Below, one piece after another: positions 1-10,407 of a stretch of DNA of 18,900 bases. The translations under genes and the position numbers were made by a program. The DNA is from Ginkgo biloba (taxonomy: Eukaryota > Plantae > Ginkgophyta). The number at the start of each line of letters is the position of its first letter. Positions within the stretch are counted from its first letter, which is position 1. Where the stretch lies: NCBI GenBank assembly GCA_024626585.2, contig JANKJI020000004.1, positions 139,091,092 through 139,109,991 on the forward strand. The letters run 5' to 3'. The notes under the pieces are model-generated. The model did not search any database. It saw only the letters and a list, made by a program, of their open reading frames with translations, and was not told the origin of the DNA.

Positions 1-2
1 TT

Positions 3-198
3 GGAGTTATACTTAGTTAGGAGGGTAGACCAAAAATATTTTTCAGTGAAAAGTTGAATGATAGCCAACAAAAGTATTCATCATATGATTTGGAATTCTA
101 TGGATTGGTACAAGAACTAAAGACACTACCTATTACCCAAGGAATTTATATTGTATATCGACCATCGAGTGTTGAAATATTTCAATTCTCAAGGTGAG
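3..198 (+). mobile_element. Ty3/gypsy retrotransposon pol RNase H domain remnant (chromovirus/CRM-like), pseudogenised
   Basis: Frame 3 from nt 3 reads GVILS*EGRPKIFFSEKLNDSQQKYSSYDLEFYGLVQELK. After a frameshift near 122 (loss of the usual KWR codons) it continues HYLLPKEFILYIDHRVLKYFNSQGE. This matches the gypsy RNase H pattern GAVLSQEGRP-FFSEKL-YS-YD-EFYA-V-AL-WRHYL-KEF-LYTDH-ALKYL. Stop at 18-20. Confidence 0.92.
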
Positions 199-559
199 TT
201 TTTTTTTTNNNNNNNNNNNNNNNNNNNNNNNNNNNNNNNNNNNNNNNNNNNNNNNNAAGTTATAATGAATAGTAAAAATCACCATAGTACTATAATAAGG
301 TACACTTATAACACTACTTGGACTAATTATTCCTAGATCTTACATACTCTAGAACCAACAATCAACATGGGTTTGATATTATAGAGCTTCTACTCCTCGA
401 TCTCTCCCTACCTGTGAACACTTGTGCTGAGACTCATTCTAGAGGACCCTCCTTTTTGTCTTTTTTTATGAAAGGAATTGAGAAAGAAAAATATTTACCA
501 AATTTTCTATGTTTAGACTTAAATGCACCATAAAGAGTGCATTGATTAGTATATAAATC

Positions 560-630
560 CATTTTGTTAGTTGAAAATAATGGTTTAATTAATAAAAAAA
601 TTACATACAATAATAGGAAAAAACACAGAG
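560..630 (+). repeat. Dispersed repeat fragment, copy 1 (copy 2 at 1843-1913)
   Basis: cattttgttagttgaaaataatggtttaattaataaaaaaattacatacaat aligns by eye with cattttgttgggttgaaaataatggtttgatcaattagaaaaagtacatacaat. Confidence 0.75.
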
Positions 631-658
631 ATAGTGATCCAGACAAAAATTTTGGTTT

Positions 659-776
659 CAAGTGACTTCAACTACACCTAAGATTCAAGTGAATTCACTT
701 ACACCTAAGATGCAAGTGAGTTCCTATCAATTGATGGAGAGCTACTTACACGTAATATGCAAGTGACTTCTTATCA
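659..776 (+). repeat. Short degenerate tandem repeat with a 27-bp unit
   Basis: caagtgacttcaactacacctaagatt (659-685) and caagtgaattcacttacacctaagatg (686-712), then partial units caagtgagttcctatca (713) and caagtgacttcttatca (760). Confidence 0.8.
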
Positions 777-1842
777 TTTTTTAAATAGTCACCTTATATA
801 AAAAATTGAGAGAAATTAGTATATATTCATCCTTTGGTCAATGAATAAAAGTTGTAGAATTTTCTACTAGCTTTGAAACAATCCTAATAATATAAAACAT
901 AGAGTTAGGTTTTGTAGGTTATGGTCAAAATAGTGACTATATATCATAAATTGGTGATAATAGAGAGGCATTTTGGGAGGGAATTTTCACCAACCATGTA
1001 AGAAATGATTATTGATATACTACCATAAATATTGGATTTTTATATTCTAAAAAATAGAATGGTTCATATTCCCTTAGGAGGGAATTGGCAATCTAAGTTG
1101 AAAACTTAGAATTTAGAAGTGATCTTTTGAATTTTAGTACTTTTCTTTGTTGGAAAAAAATATAGTGTAGAGCATGTAATATAACCTCATATGCATCGGT
1201 ACCCTTGGATGGGAAATATATAAGGGTAATATACTATTATATGTACCTATGCATCCATATAGATATGTTTTAATGATATTCTTCTTTTCCTTTTAGTANN
1301 NNNNNNNNNNNNNNNNNNNNNNNNNNNNNNNNNNNNNNNNNNNNNNNNNNNNNNNNNNNNNNNNNNNNNNNNNNNNNNNNNNNNNNNNNNNNNNNNNNGT
1401 GGATGTTTAATATTATTAATTGGTAGATGACTTCTTAAAGCTTATAAAATTAATGTGAGAATGCTATAGTATTGTATTCAATTCAAGGTTGGAAGAAAAC
1501 ACATCTTATGGGGAATATTTTAATCCTTTGAGTGGAAGTTGGTATGATTGTCATATAAGCAACACAAGTTTGGGATAATTATGAAAAGAGAAAGGCTTTC
1601 CTAGACCTGGCAACAAAAATAGGTAGATTGAGGTTGTGGACATGTATCAATTATTTATTAGGTAAACTTGTGAGTTTCTAATTTCTTTGGTGTTAGAGCC
1701 TTATGTTATTTTTTTCTTGCTCCATTGGTCATCTAGTTTCTATTAGATTCCATGATACTCGATGCTTTTTGGAACTGATTGGTTCTTCATTACCCAACTT
1801 CTTGTTTTTTTTCAAAATGATCATTCATCTTAATTTTTCCTA

Positions 1843-1913
1843 CATTTTGTTGGGTTGAAAATAATGGTTTGATCAATTAGAAAAAGTACATACAATCAAT
1901 AAAAAACCTAGAG
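1843..1913 (+). repeat. Dispersed repeat fragment, copy 2 (copy 1 at 560-630)
   Basis: Shares gttgaaaataatggttt and tacatacaat in the same order and spacing as 560-630. Confidence 0.75.
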
Positions 1914-2676
1914 GGGCTGGATAGAATCTGTTTTCTAGAGGTTCATCCCAACTCATAAAACTCGGTGCCCTATGACACTTTATTTGACCCTTACCATGAC
2001 TAGTAAATAAGTTATATGGATAACAAACCATTGAAATCTCAACTAAATAAGGATTATGTTAAACCTAACCCTAACACAAGGTATTCTTATTAAGGGCAAA
2101 ATTATATCTAATGCTACAAGAACTACTAATCCATATGTAACCTCGTTTTATAATAAATGGGTTAGGACAAAAATTAAAATCAAACTATAGGCCATGGGAA
2201 AATATCCAAATTTGTTGCATTAAATAGTTATGCCCAATGATTTGGTTACAATACCTTCAAACATGATAACTAGTTAGGATTATCATTTAAAGTAACTAAC
2301 ATGAGTTAATAATCTTAAAAACTAAAGTTAAGTTCACATTTTACCTCACCATAGAATGCCAATATTAATAATAAACATAAGATAATACCCTACAACATAA
2401 CACCTTTGCCTAATTAGAATTTCTTCCATTTGGTCAAGGATTCTCATAGAAATACAAAGGAATTAGGCCTATAGAAGTGTAACTACTTAGCCAAAAACTC
2501 CCATAGACAGACAATGGTGGCTTATTATTATTTCCCCCAAACTTCCATTTGCTAATTATTTTTCTAGAGAATATCCTTCGACATCTATATAATAAACACA
2601 AATGATATCACAATGCTCCCTGCATTCATCTAAATCTTTGTCTCCTCTAATGGACGATTTAAATTCTAATAAGGTT

Positions 2677-2997
2677 AAGGGAAGGTGTGATACGTATTCA
2701 TAGAGGAGGAGATATCCCTCCATATAAGATTCCATATTTTACTATATACATAGCTAATAAAATTACCTTTGAACATGTGACAGTGTCTTTTAGACTCTAA
2801 AATGTACCCCATATTATAATAGTCTATGACTTAGTATTTACACCTTAATATGCACTCTAATAGGCACATGTAACCATTAGTTATATAATATAATCATGCA
2901 TGCATTCTAAGGCATACAAAAAGAACTCTTAAAATTAAGGAATAATGATATGGGATTAGACATCCATTCTAGTCCTTAGGGATGACCTAATAAGGTT
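2677..2997 (+). mobile_element. Possible polypurine tract and start of a 3' LTR
   Basis: aagggaagg (2677-2685) is immediately followed by TGTGA at 2686. A very similar junction occurs at 8001-8020. No partner LTR is visible. Confidence 0.35.
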
Positions 2998-4571
2998 NNN
3001 NNNNNNNNNNNNNNNNNNNNNNNNNNNNNNNNNNNNNNNNNNNNNNNNNNNNNNNNNNNNNNNNNNNNNNNNNNNNNNNNNNNNNNNNNNNNNNNNNTGT
3101 TTGATGCATTTATTTATGAAGTTTTAGATAGGGATTATCATTGTATTCCATGAAGCTTAACACCCATAACAGGTTGAGTAATACTAGCCTAGGGTTGGTT
3201 CAATAGTGTGAATTATAGCATGTGGGTATGTTGGATGTGCCAAGGCAATCTATAATCCATTATGATTATTATTTCCCAATTGTGCAAGTATTTTCTTGGT
3301 TCTTGGAAAGTAACTGATTAATTTGGACTTTAAGTTATATTAGTCATCTCTCCTACTGTGGAATTTATCTCTATTATATCCATCTATTCTTGGTATCCAT
3401 ATCACTGATCATTCATTTCTCCTTAAAGATTTATTAAAGATTGCCTGAGGTATGTANNNNNNNNNNNNNNNNNNNNNACTATTTCTCATATATTTTAATT
3501 TCATTATTATGTTTTCATTGATGACAATTAATGTTCTCTTTTTTGACCTACCCTACTGTCCCTTTTTACCTTTTTTTGAGATCTGACCACTTAGTTAACA
3601 ACCATTATGAATATCTAGTTTGATAGGAGAAACCCACCAATAGGTTAAAAACTCACATCACTCACTTGGGATATATGACCAAAGTTTTCTATACCTTGGG
3701 ATCTATTTCTAATAGGAGTCCTAAAACATGTGGGTGGAAACACATGAATATCACCTTATTGAGGCCTGTGCATAATCCAAGAAACAACACTTCCATCTTG
3801 GTGTTTACATAGTGAGAGTGTTTAATCTTTCTTGTACTTTGGATATACCACCTAAACATTGACATTCTCTATTAACAAGTGCAACTAACTCTTTCTATGG
3901 TTATGCCAAGGCATTGGAAAACAACTTCATTTCTACTGACATGGCTCTTTGAATGATCTACATTTTCTCAATGTACCTTCACAACATTACACAAAGATCA
4001 TTTTTGAAAGTCTATCAAGACCTCCAACATTTGGAATGGTGTATGAACCTGCCAATAACTATCTCCTCATCCATGTGTATCTCCTATCACTATGGGTTCT
4101 TCTCCATATGCATTTCAATCATCACGAATAGGGTGTATTCTTCCTTAACTTCACCCATTTGAATCATAGACCAAATACATTTATCCCATGTGTGTCTATC
4201 TTCTACCAGTGATTCAAAAATTAACTGTAGGGTTTTACTCATAAAAATTCAAATATTCTAAATTATAGTTCCCTATCTTTTACATCCTCATGGCCTTGCA
4301 TCCAGATTTGTAAATATTATTATTTTTTATTTTTATTATTCTCACAGCTCCATATAATTCCTCATGACCCTAAGTCTTTACTTCACATACTCAATAGTGG
4401 AAATCAATAAATTTATGATTGAATTCACCTTAAACTAATACAAATAATCCCTCAAACACTGTACAACATTGCTAATTATTGAGAAAGACCAATAATGATC
4501 CTTCACAAACCCAACTTAAGAATTATTGAATTTGAAATACCAACATAGTTTAGGCTTAGGATATCCCTAAA

Positions 4572-4910
4572 CTCTAATACCAAATGTAGAAATAAGATAT
4601 CATAATTACTTTAATATCCACATATACAAACATAAAACACAAAAAATATGGTAGAATTGGTCTACCTTAAATTTTATTAACTCTGCATAATATGTACATA
4701 GTCTCAAAATGTATAAATACATTTTATAACTTGTAACGATAATTTTTAGACATGACACTTTTTTAGTATCTCCTAACACGTGTCAACTTAGGGACTTTCC
4801 TACGGATGACTCACCCCTATGAGACATTGACCCTTATTTATGAGATAGGTATCATAATATTAGGTTGTGACCTTCATTACCATATATAAGCATTAACATA
4901 TATTCTAACC
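4572..4910 (-). mobile_element. Short (~326 bp) 5' LTR with tRNA-Met(i) primer binding site
   Basis: The minus strand reads ...tttctaCA-tt-TGGTATtAGAG. The LTR ends at 4585 and the PBS at 4582-4572 has one C>T change from TGGTATCAGAG. The probable LTR start is gGTTAGAA at 4910 (degenerate TGTTAG) and is less certain. Confidence 0.6.
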
Positions 4911-5654
4911 TTAATTAGTTGGTAATGATGTTTGTAGTTTTGGCATTAACATTCATAGTAGATTTGGCGATGTATAGGTTAATTTCAATGCCGATGAGTT
5001 TTAGAGGAATAGTGATGGATTTTTAATTTTTTGAAATATCATTTTTTCATTAGTGTTGGCATTGGTTTTAATCTATAGTGGCTGGGTTAATTTTGAAACT
5101 AAAGGAAAAGGTGGTCCATAGGAGTATTTTGGGAAGTTCATAGGAGGAATCTATTAACATTGGAAATGAATCTTGTTCAAGTCCTCTATTATAATGCATG
5201 GTGTCCATGAAAAGTCCTTCAACTCTAAGAAGATTAAATTCTAAAGCTTAATTTTTTTTCAAATTTGAATCTTAAGCTATGGATAGTCACAAGACCTATA
5301 ATTATATTTGTTTCATACTTTAAAATAATCAATTACATATTGAGTGCAACAATAGTTTGGTGGGTATATAACTATGATGTTTTGAAAATAGATAAACATA
5401 TGAACAAGTGAAAAGNNNNNNNNNNNNNNNNNNNNNNNNNNNNNNNNNNNNNNNNNNNNNNNNNNNNNNNNNNNNNNNNNNNNNNNNNNNNNNNNNNNNN
5501 NNNNNNNNNNNNNNNNNNNNNNNNNNNNNNNNNNNNNNNNNNNNNNNNNNNNNNNNNNNNNNNNNNNNNNNNNNNNNNNNNNNNNNNNNNNNNAGTGCCA
5601 AGGACCATCTGACAGCAATGCTGTCAATCTAATTGCCAACAATACCAAAATTTT

Positions 5655-5930
5655 CTAAACCCTAAACAAATGACTCATCCAATTTATAGTCTTCTTATGA
5701 GAGCATGAAATAACTACACACAACCACCTATGGCATGTTTTGAAAGATGGTAGATATGGATTTTTATGGATTAAGGGCAATAAACTTAAAAGCATTAAAA
5801 TTCCTCCTTCTTTAATGGTGGTGATAATAAATCTCCATAATGTTCCACTTTGGTTGGTTTTTGAATCCCATGCCCATACCTTGGTAAGAAACCCTACACA
5901 CTTTAGATATTTGTCAAGATTTATCATTGA
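5655..5930 (-). mobile_element. Possible LINE (L1-type) ORF2 remnant, region C-terminal to RT
   Basis: The ORF contains ...VWAWDSKTNQSGTLWRFIITTIKEGGILMLLSL..., resembling the plant L1 motif FLW-x(10-14)-W-xx-I-xx-PK-x-EGGLG. Only this one motif supports the call. Confidence 0.35.
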
Positions 5931-5934
5931 TGTC

Positions 5935-7242
5935 AACCATAAGATATCTGGGATATTTTACTATTGCCAATTACTTTGGCTTTCACTCAGCTTCTTTGAT
6001 CACTCAGAGAATAGGAGGGATCTCAGGATAGGTATACATTTGTCTATATGTATTACATACTCCATGGATAAATACTACTACCTAACACCTTTTATCTTGT
6101 CTATCCTTGGACTCTAAATATAATGTATCATTCCCTGGTTCATCTAGGAAGCTAGTCCACCTAGGAGGGACTCCTTTCTCCTTATTTAGTGTATGTGTTA
6201 CATTTCCTTGTTGACGATATCACATACCCCTTTAAGGGTTGTGAAGTCTCCTAGATTATTGCCCTTTTCTGATGTCTTTCCCTAGTACTTGTATGTCTCC
6301 TAGGTCCTTTGAAGTATCCTTGACTGCACTAGGATCATGGGAGGCTACTGAGGTTATAGATCATCTTGGTCCCATATTATCGTACATGCATTTAGTTTAC
6401 CCTAGTGATATTATGGGTCCCTTTAGGAATGTGTGTTCTCTTGGGAGTCTATTTCTCTTTATTGCATAAGGATCATAAAAAATAACTAGGAGAAGTTATC
6501 CTAGATCTTTGGCCCTCCCTGGTGCACATTCTTTAAGTACTCTTTGGTGATGTGGTGGGACCCTAAGGGAATATGAACCCTCTTGGATGGTTTATCTTTC
6601 CTTAACACATAAGTAATAGAAAGATTATTAGGAATAGTCATCCTAGGCATCTTTTTCTTCCTTGATGTACTCCTATGGGCCCCTTGACTTGAACCTCCCT
6701 ANNNNNNNNNNNNNNNNNNNNNNNNNNNNNNNNNNNNNTTTGGATTTTCCTTATCGATCAAGATTAACTCTAAATATCCCTTGGTATGTGTTCTTATGTC
6801 TTAATAGTGTCATGCCCCCCTTAAGGGGTGTACTACCATCTTGGGTCCTTTAAACCTCCCTTATCGCATCAGGATAAAGGAAGGCTACCAGGAGCATGGG
6901 GTATCTTGGTCCCAGATTAGTGTACATGCCTTTGGTTCATATTAGTGATGTGGTGGGNNNNNNNNNNNNNNNNNNNNNNNNNNNNNNNNNNNATTCCCCA
7001 GGAACATAAAATACTATCAAGAGAAACTTGCCCCTCCTTAGTGCAAGTCATGGAATTATTTTTTATTGACTTTGTGGGATCCTTCAAGATATTGGTCACT
7101 CTTGGATTATTTCCTCTTCCTTATTTACTAAGAAGGGGTATTCCTATCCTGGACCTAGAATGATGTAATCCTCCCTCATTACACCATATTGTATGATGTT
7201 TTCAAGTCAGTGGGGTTGAAGTTTAATTTTAATGCCTCCCTA
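5935..7242. repeat. Interspersed non-coding repeat, copy 1 (probably part of a retrotransposon LTR/UTR)
   Basis: 5935-7040 is collinear with 14341-15472 in the same orientation. Shared blocks include aatataatgtatcattccctggttcatc, tagatctttggccctccctggtg, ggcatctttttcttccttgatgtactcctatgggcccct and tttaaacctcccttatcgca. Extension to 7242 is assumed. Confidence 0.9.
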
Positions 7243-8004
7243 NNNNNNNNNNNNNNNNNNNNNNNNNNNNNNNNNNNNNNNNNNNNNNNNNNNNNNNNNN
7301 NNNNNNNNNNNNNNNNNNNNNNNNNNNNNNNNNNNNNNNNNNCATAATACTCTTCACTGTTTCATTGAAAGTTTTTTCAATACAGAGTCCATTTCCTTAG
7401 TTTAAGTTTGAAATGGTGTTTTGGATTTATCATACACTTGAAATTATCATTGCATAGGATACCAAATCACACCAAGTATCAAGAGAGTATGACACATCTT
7501 CCCATAGTGGTAAAAAGTAATGGGAACGACACTAGAAAGTATTATAATCTCAGAGCTCACAAGATTTTTCTATGCATATAAATATCATGAACCCATAGAC
7601 CCATGCGATGTCATAATCACTAAAAAGGAACTTCCATAAGGCACAAGGCCAGAACATATGATATTATGACACATGTTTAGATCTCATGGACCTAGGTCTT
7701 CACACAATATAACAAGTCAAATAAGGAGTTTAAAAAGGCCACGAGGCCCAGACTTAAATGATGGCGTCAAGTGTCTATATCTCATAGTGCCTAGATCCCT
7801 AGGTAATATCATAATATAAGCGAAATCCTCGAGGGGTGTGAACCAAAATGTATGATACTGTTCCACTTGTTAGAATATTGTGAGCCTGCCACCCAATGTT
7901 AACACTTTATGGGTAGTGTTGGTGAGAATCACAAGCCCTAATCTCGTGTGATGCTTCCACATAGTGTGATCACGTGCACCCATAACTCCATAGAAATATA
8001 GGGT

Positions 8005-8360
8005 AAAGGGGAAGGTGTAGAGCATGATCATTGAGACCAAATCTCATGAGAATGCACCAAATGACACACATATGTGATATTTTCACCTGCGATAGTTGAG
8101 GTCATTAGAAGAACTACTGGTCTTCTATATTCTAAGGAAAATGGACTACAAAAGGAGAGAATGCCAATGTTTTGGGGTTCAAATATTGAGGTTTGATTTG
8201 TTGACTTAATTTGGCATCGAGTTCTTGGGGGCAATATTTCTCTAATTGGGGAACACATTGGAAGGAGAAGGATATTTTTGCTGAGAGGGTGTTAAGATCA
8301 TTAACCAGTAATTATCTTGTGAGTCTCTTTCCTCATACCATGCAGTTGCCTATGAATTCT
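8005..8360 (+). mobile_element. Polypurine tract and start of a 3' LTR
   Basis: aaaggggaagg (8005-8015) is directly followed by TGTAG at 8016. The LTR is truncated by the gap at 8361. Confidence 0.5.
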
Positions 8361-8545
8361 NNNNNNNNNNNNNNNNNNNNNNNNNNNNNNNNNNNNNNNN
8401 NNNNNNNNNNNNNNNNNNNNNNNNNNNNNNNNNNNNNNNNNNNNNNNNNNNNNNNNNNNNTCACACAACTATCTTTCTTCTTCTACACTTCTTTGAAAAG
8501 TCACCACTTCTTTCAGTTGTGACACCCTTTCAAAGAGAGGCAAAA

Positions 8546-9157
8546 TGTAGACACCCTAAATCGGCCACTTTAATCCATTATCAATTAATCCATATGAAGC
8601 CTTCACTAAAATCACTACTTTAATTAATTAATCATATCATGGTCTCATTTAAACCTCTTAATATCACCCCGTGATTAATTAACTAATTATTTCCATTGAT
8701 TAGATAATTAGTTCCTAATTAAACCCATGCTCGTTCAAAAATAAAAAAGGTCCTAAATCTATTAAAAAATACAAAATAAAAAAGCCCAAAATCCTTCCAA
8801 ATCCATTCAAAAATAAAAAATCCAAAAATCCATGCAAATCATTCATTGTAGACTTGGAATAGAGGTGACTCATTCCACCTCATTATTATTTGAGTTTTCA
8901 TCATGCAAAATGTCTCTCAAGAGAGTAAAGTGACTCATTTGTTTCTTGGAGAGAGCCATCTTGTGAAAGAAGATTCGATTTCTTGATCCATATTTTTTCC
9001 ACCATTGTTGTTGCAAGAACCTTGCATAAATCATTGAGCAACCAACAATACATTAGATTAGATCCATATAATGCTCAATTTGAGGTTTGCATTTATTTTA
9101 GAGGATAAAATGGTTATTGGTTTCATTTTTTTTTAGAACTCTAAAACCTTTCTTACA
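8546..9157 (+). mobile_element. LTR (612 bp) of a Tat/Ogre-type Ty3/gypsy element
   Basis: Starts TGTAgacacc (8546) and ends tctTACA (9157), giving TGTA...TACA inverted ends. Preceded by PPT-like aaagagaggcaaaa (8532-8545) and followed after 3 nt by a tRNA-Arg-type PBS. Confidence 0.8.
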
Positions 9158-9160
9158 TTC

Positions 9161-9189
9161 TGGCACACCTAGTGGGACTCAAACCCACA
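9161..9189 (+). promoter_or_regulatory. Primer binding site complementary to the 3' end of tRNA-Arg (UCU type)
   Basis: tggcacacctagtgggactcaaacccaca versus the reverse complement of the plant tRNA-Arg(UCU) 3' end as I recall it, TGGCACGCCTGGTGGGACTCGAACCCACA. It differs by three G>A changes in CG/CHG contexts. Arg PBSs are typical of Ogre/Tat elements. Confidence 0.8.
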
Positions 9190-10182
9190 TGTATATTAAT
9201 CATGATTTCTTTTTTTGATATTAGTGTCAATATTATTAATGTCTTTTCTCAGAATGGGAATGCCAACTAAATCCTTTATGCAGGTCTATAGACTCACATA
9301 AACGTTAATGATATGATGATATGACATTGTATTTTCTCTGTGGTCTACCTATTTCCATTATGATCTATGTATTTCTATGTACAATTGTTACTATTTATTT
9401 TATTCTATTGCTAAGAGCTTAGTTTTACATCGATATTTCTTTTCTTGAGTTGAACGTTGGCATTCCTTCCATTCACACCAGAGATTTGAGATGAATGTTG
9501 GTGCTCCTGAATGTTAAACTGAAAAATGAAAATTGAAGACTGTTCAACACTAATCTATTAGATTCAAATCAAAGACTAGTTTTTAACGAATATTTATGTA
9601 GCGTTGTATGCAGCATTTTATCCTACAGTATTTTTGGGCACTTGCATGCATCTTCTCTTGGTTGCACATTGTAACCTATAATGCGTCTCTTTATGTACTA
9701 TTTGATCCACTGCCTCAGGTGATTCCTTCAATATACTATAACTTTATGACTTCACATCTCTCCATGAGGGTGGCATGCACACCTACCCATTCCTCTAGAA
9801 TCCTGATCCACAGCCTTTGCCTAGCTCTACATTTCTTCTCCTTGCTAAGCGTCGCCTACAAAGCTCACTATGATCTCTTTTTCATTTGTTTTGGATTTTA
9901 TAACATTTGTTTAATGTGGCTTTATATTTGACTACAAGCTTCATCTCCCTTACACATATTTTTGGCATTTATGCATCTATTTTTCTTCTTCTATAACCTA
10001 TTTTCTTCATAGATACAACTTGAGTTACCTTTCATTGCCCCTTTGATAGCTCTATTATAGCTAATCATATATTATCACTCNNNNNNNNNNNNNNNNNNNN
10101 NNNNNNNNNNNNNNNNNNNNNNNNNNNNNNNNNNNNNNNNNNNNNNNNNNNNNNNNNNNNNNNNNNNNNNNNNNNNNNNNAG

Positions 10183-10407
10183 TATTGGAAAATGGGATTC
10201 ACCACCAAAGCTATCATTCAATCGTTTCAATTGGGATTTAAAGAGCTCCATGTTAAAATAATTCAATCTTTTACTCAACCAAATAACACTGCATCTCAAA
10301 GGGTTTTAGAGAAGGTGGGGTTCACCAACGATGGGATGTTAAAAAAATGCATTCATTTGAAGGGAAATATCAGAGACTACCTATTGTATAGCTTCGTAAA
10401 ATTCTAA
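10183..10407 (+). CDS. C-terminal part of a GNAT N-acetyltransferase, RimJ/RimL-like (Acetyltransf_3; plant 'p20-like' group); 5' end lost in gap
   Basis: The frame is open from the gap edge: YWKMGFTTKAI...IQSFTQPNNTASQRVLEKVGFTNDGMLKKCIHLKGNIRDYLLYSF. It contains the YW-x-x-G-x-x-T-x-A acetyl-CoA loop, N-x-AS-x-RVLEK-x-GF and the terminal KG-x-x-RD-x-x-x-YS pattern. The ATG at 10192 is internal, not the true start. Confidence 0.85.
   Translation, partial: YWKMGFTTKAIIQSFQLGFKELHVKIIQSFTQPNNTASQRVLEKVGFTNDGMLKKCIHLKGNIRDYLLYSFVKF

Noticed and set aside
659-776. CRISPR-like array
   Set aside because: Units are adjacent with no unique spacers, no cas genes are present, and the context is eukaryotic.
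1688-1700. tggtgttagagcc as a Met-i PBS
   Set aside because: Two mismatches to TGGTATCAGAGC and no CA LTR end directly before it.
5100-5240. P*EYF...INIGNE fragments resembling LINE ORF1
   Set aside because: Needs frameshifts and has too few conserved residues to distinguish from chance.
5313-5648. Cluster of ORFs here, and similar ORFs at 8211, 10075, 11132-11385, 14021, 15384-15659 and 16774
   Set aside because: They are open only because they run through N gaps.
5740-6117. 125-aa plus-strand ORF
   Set aside because: No recognisable motif, and it crosses the junction between LINE-like sequence and the non-coding repeat.
7468-7485. aagtatcaagag as a PBS that would make 7343-8360 a TRIM
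   Set aside because: Lacks the TGG start, and no matching LTR sequence can be shown on both sides.
9161-9189. tRNA gene or tRNA-derived SINE on the minus strand
   Set aside because: Only the 3' ~29 nt including CCA match, and the position 3 nt after an LTR end identifies it as a PBS.
9608-9931. 107-aa hydrophobic ORF
   Set aside because: T-rich sequence downstream of a PBS with no domain signature; probably retroelement 5' UTR.
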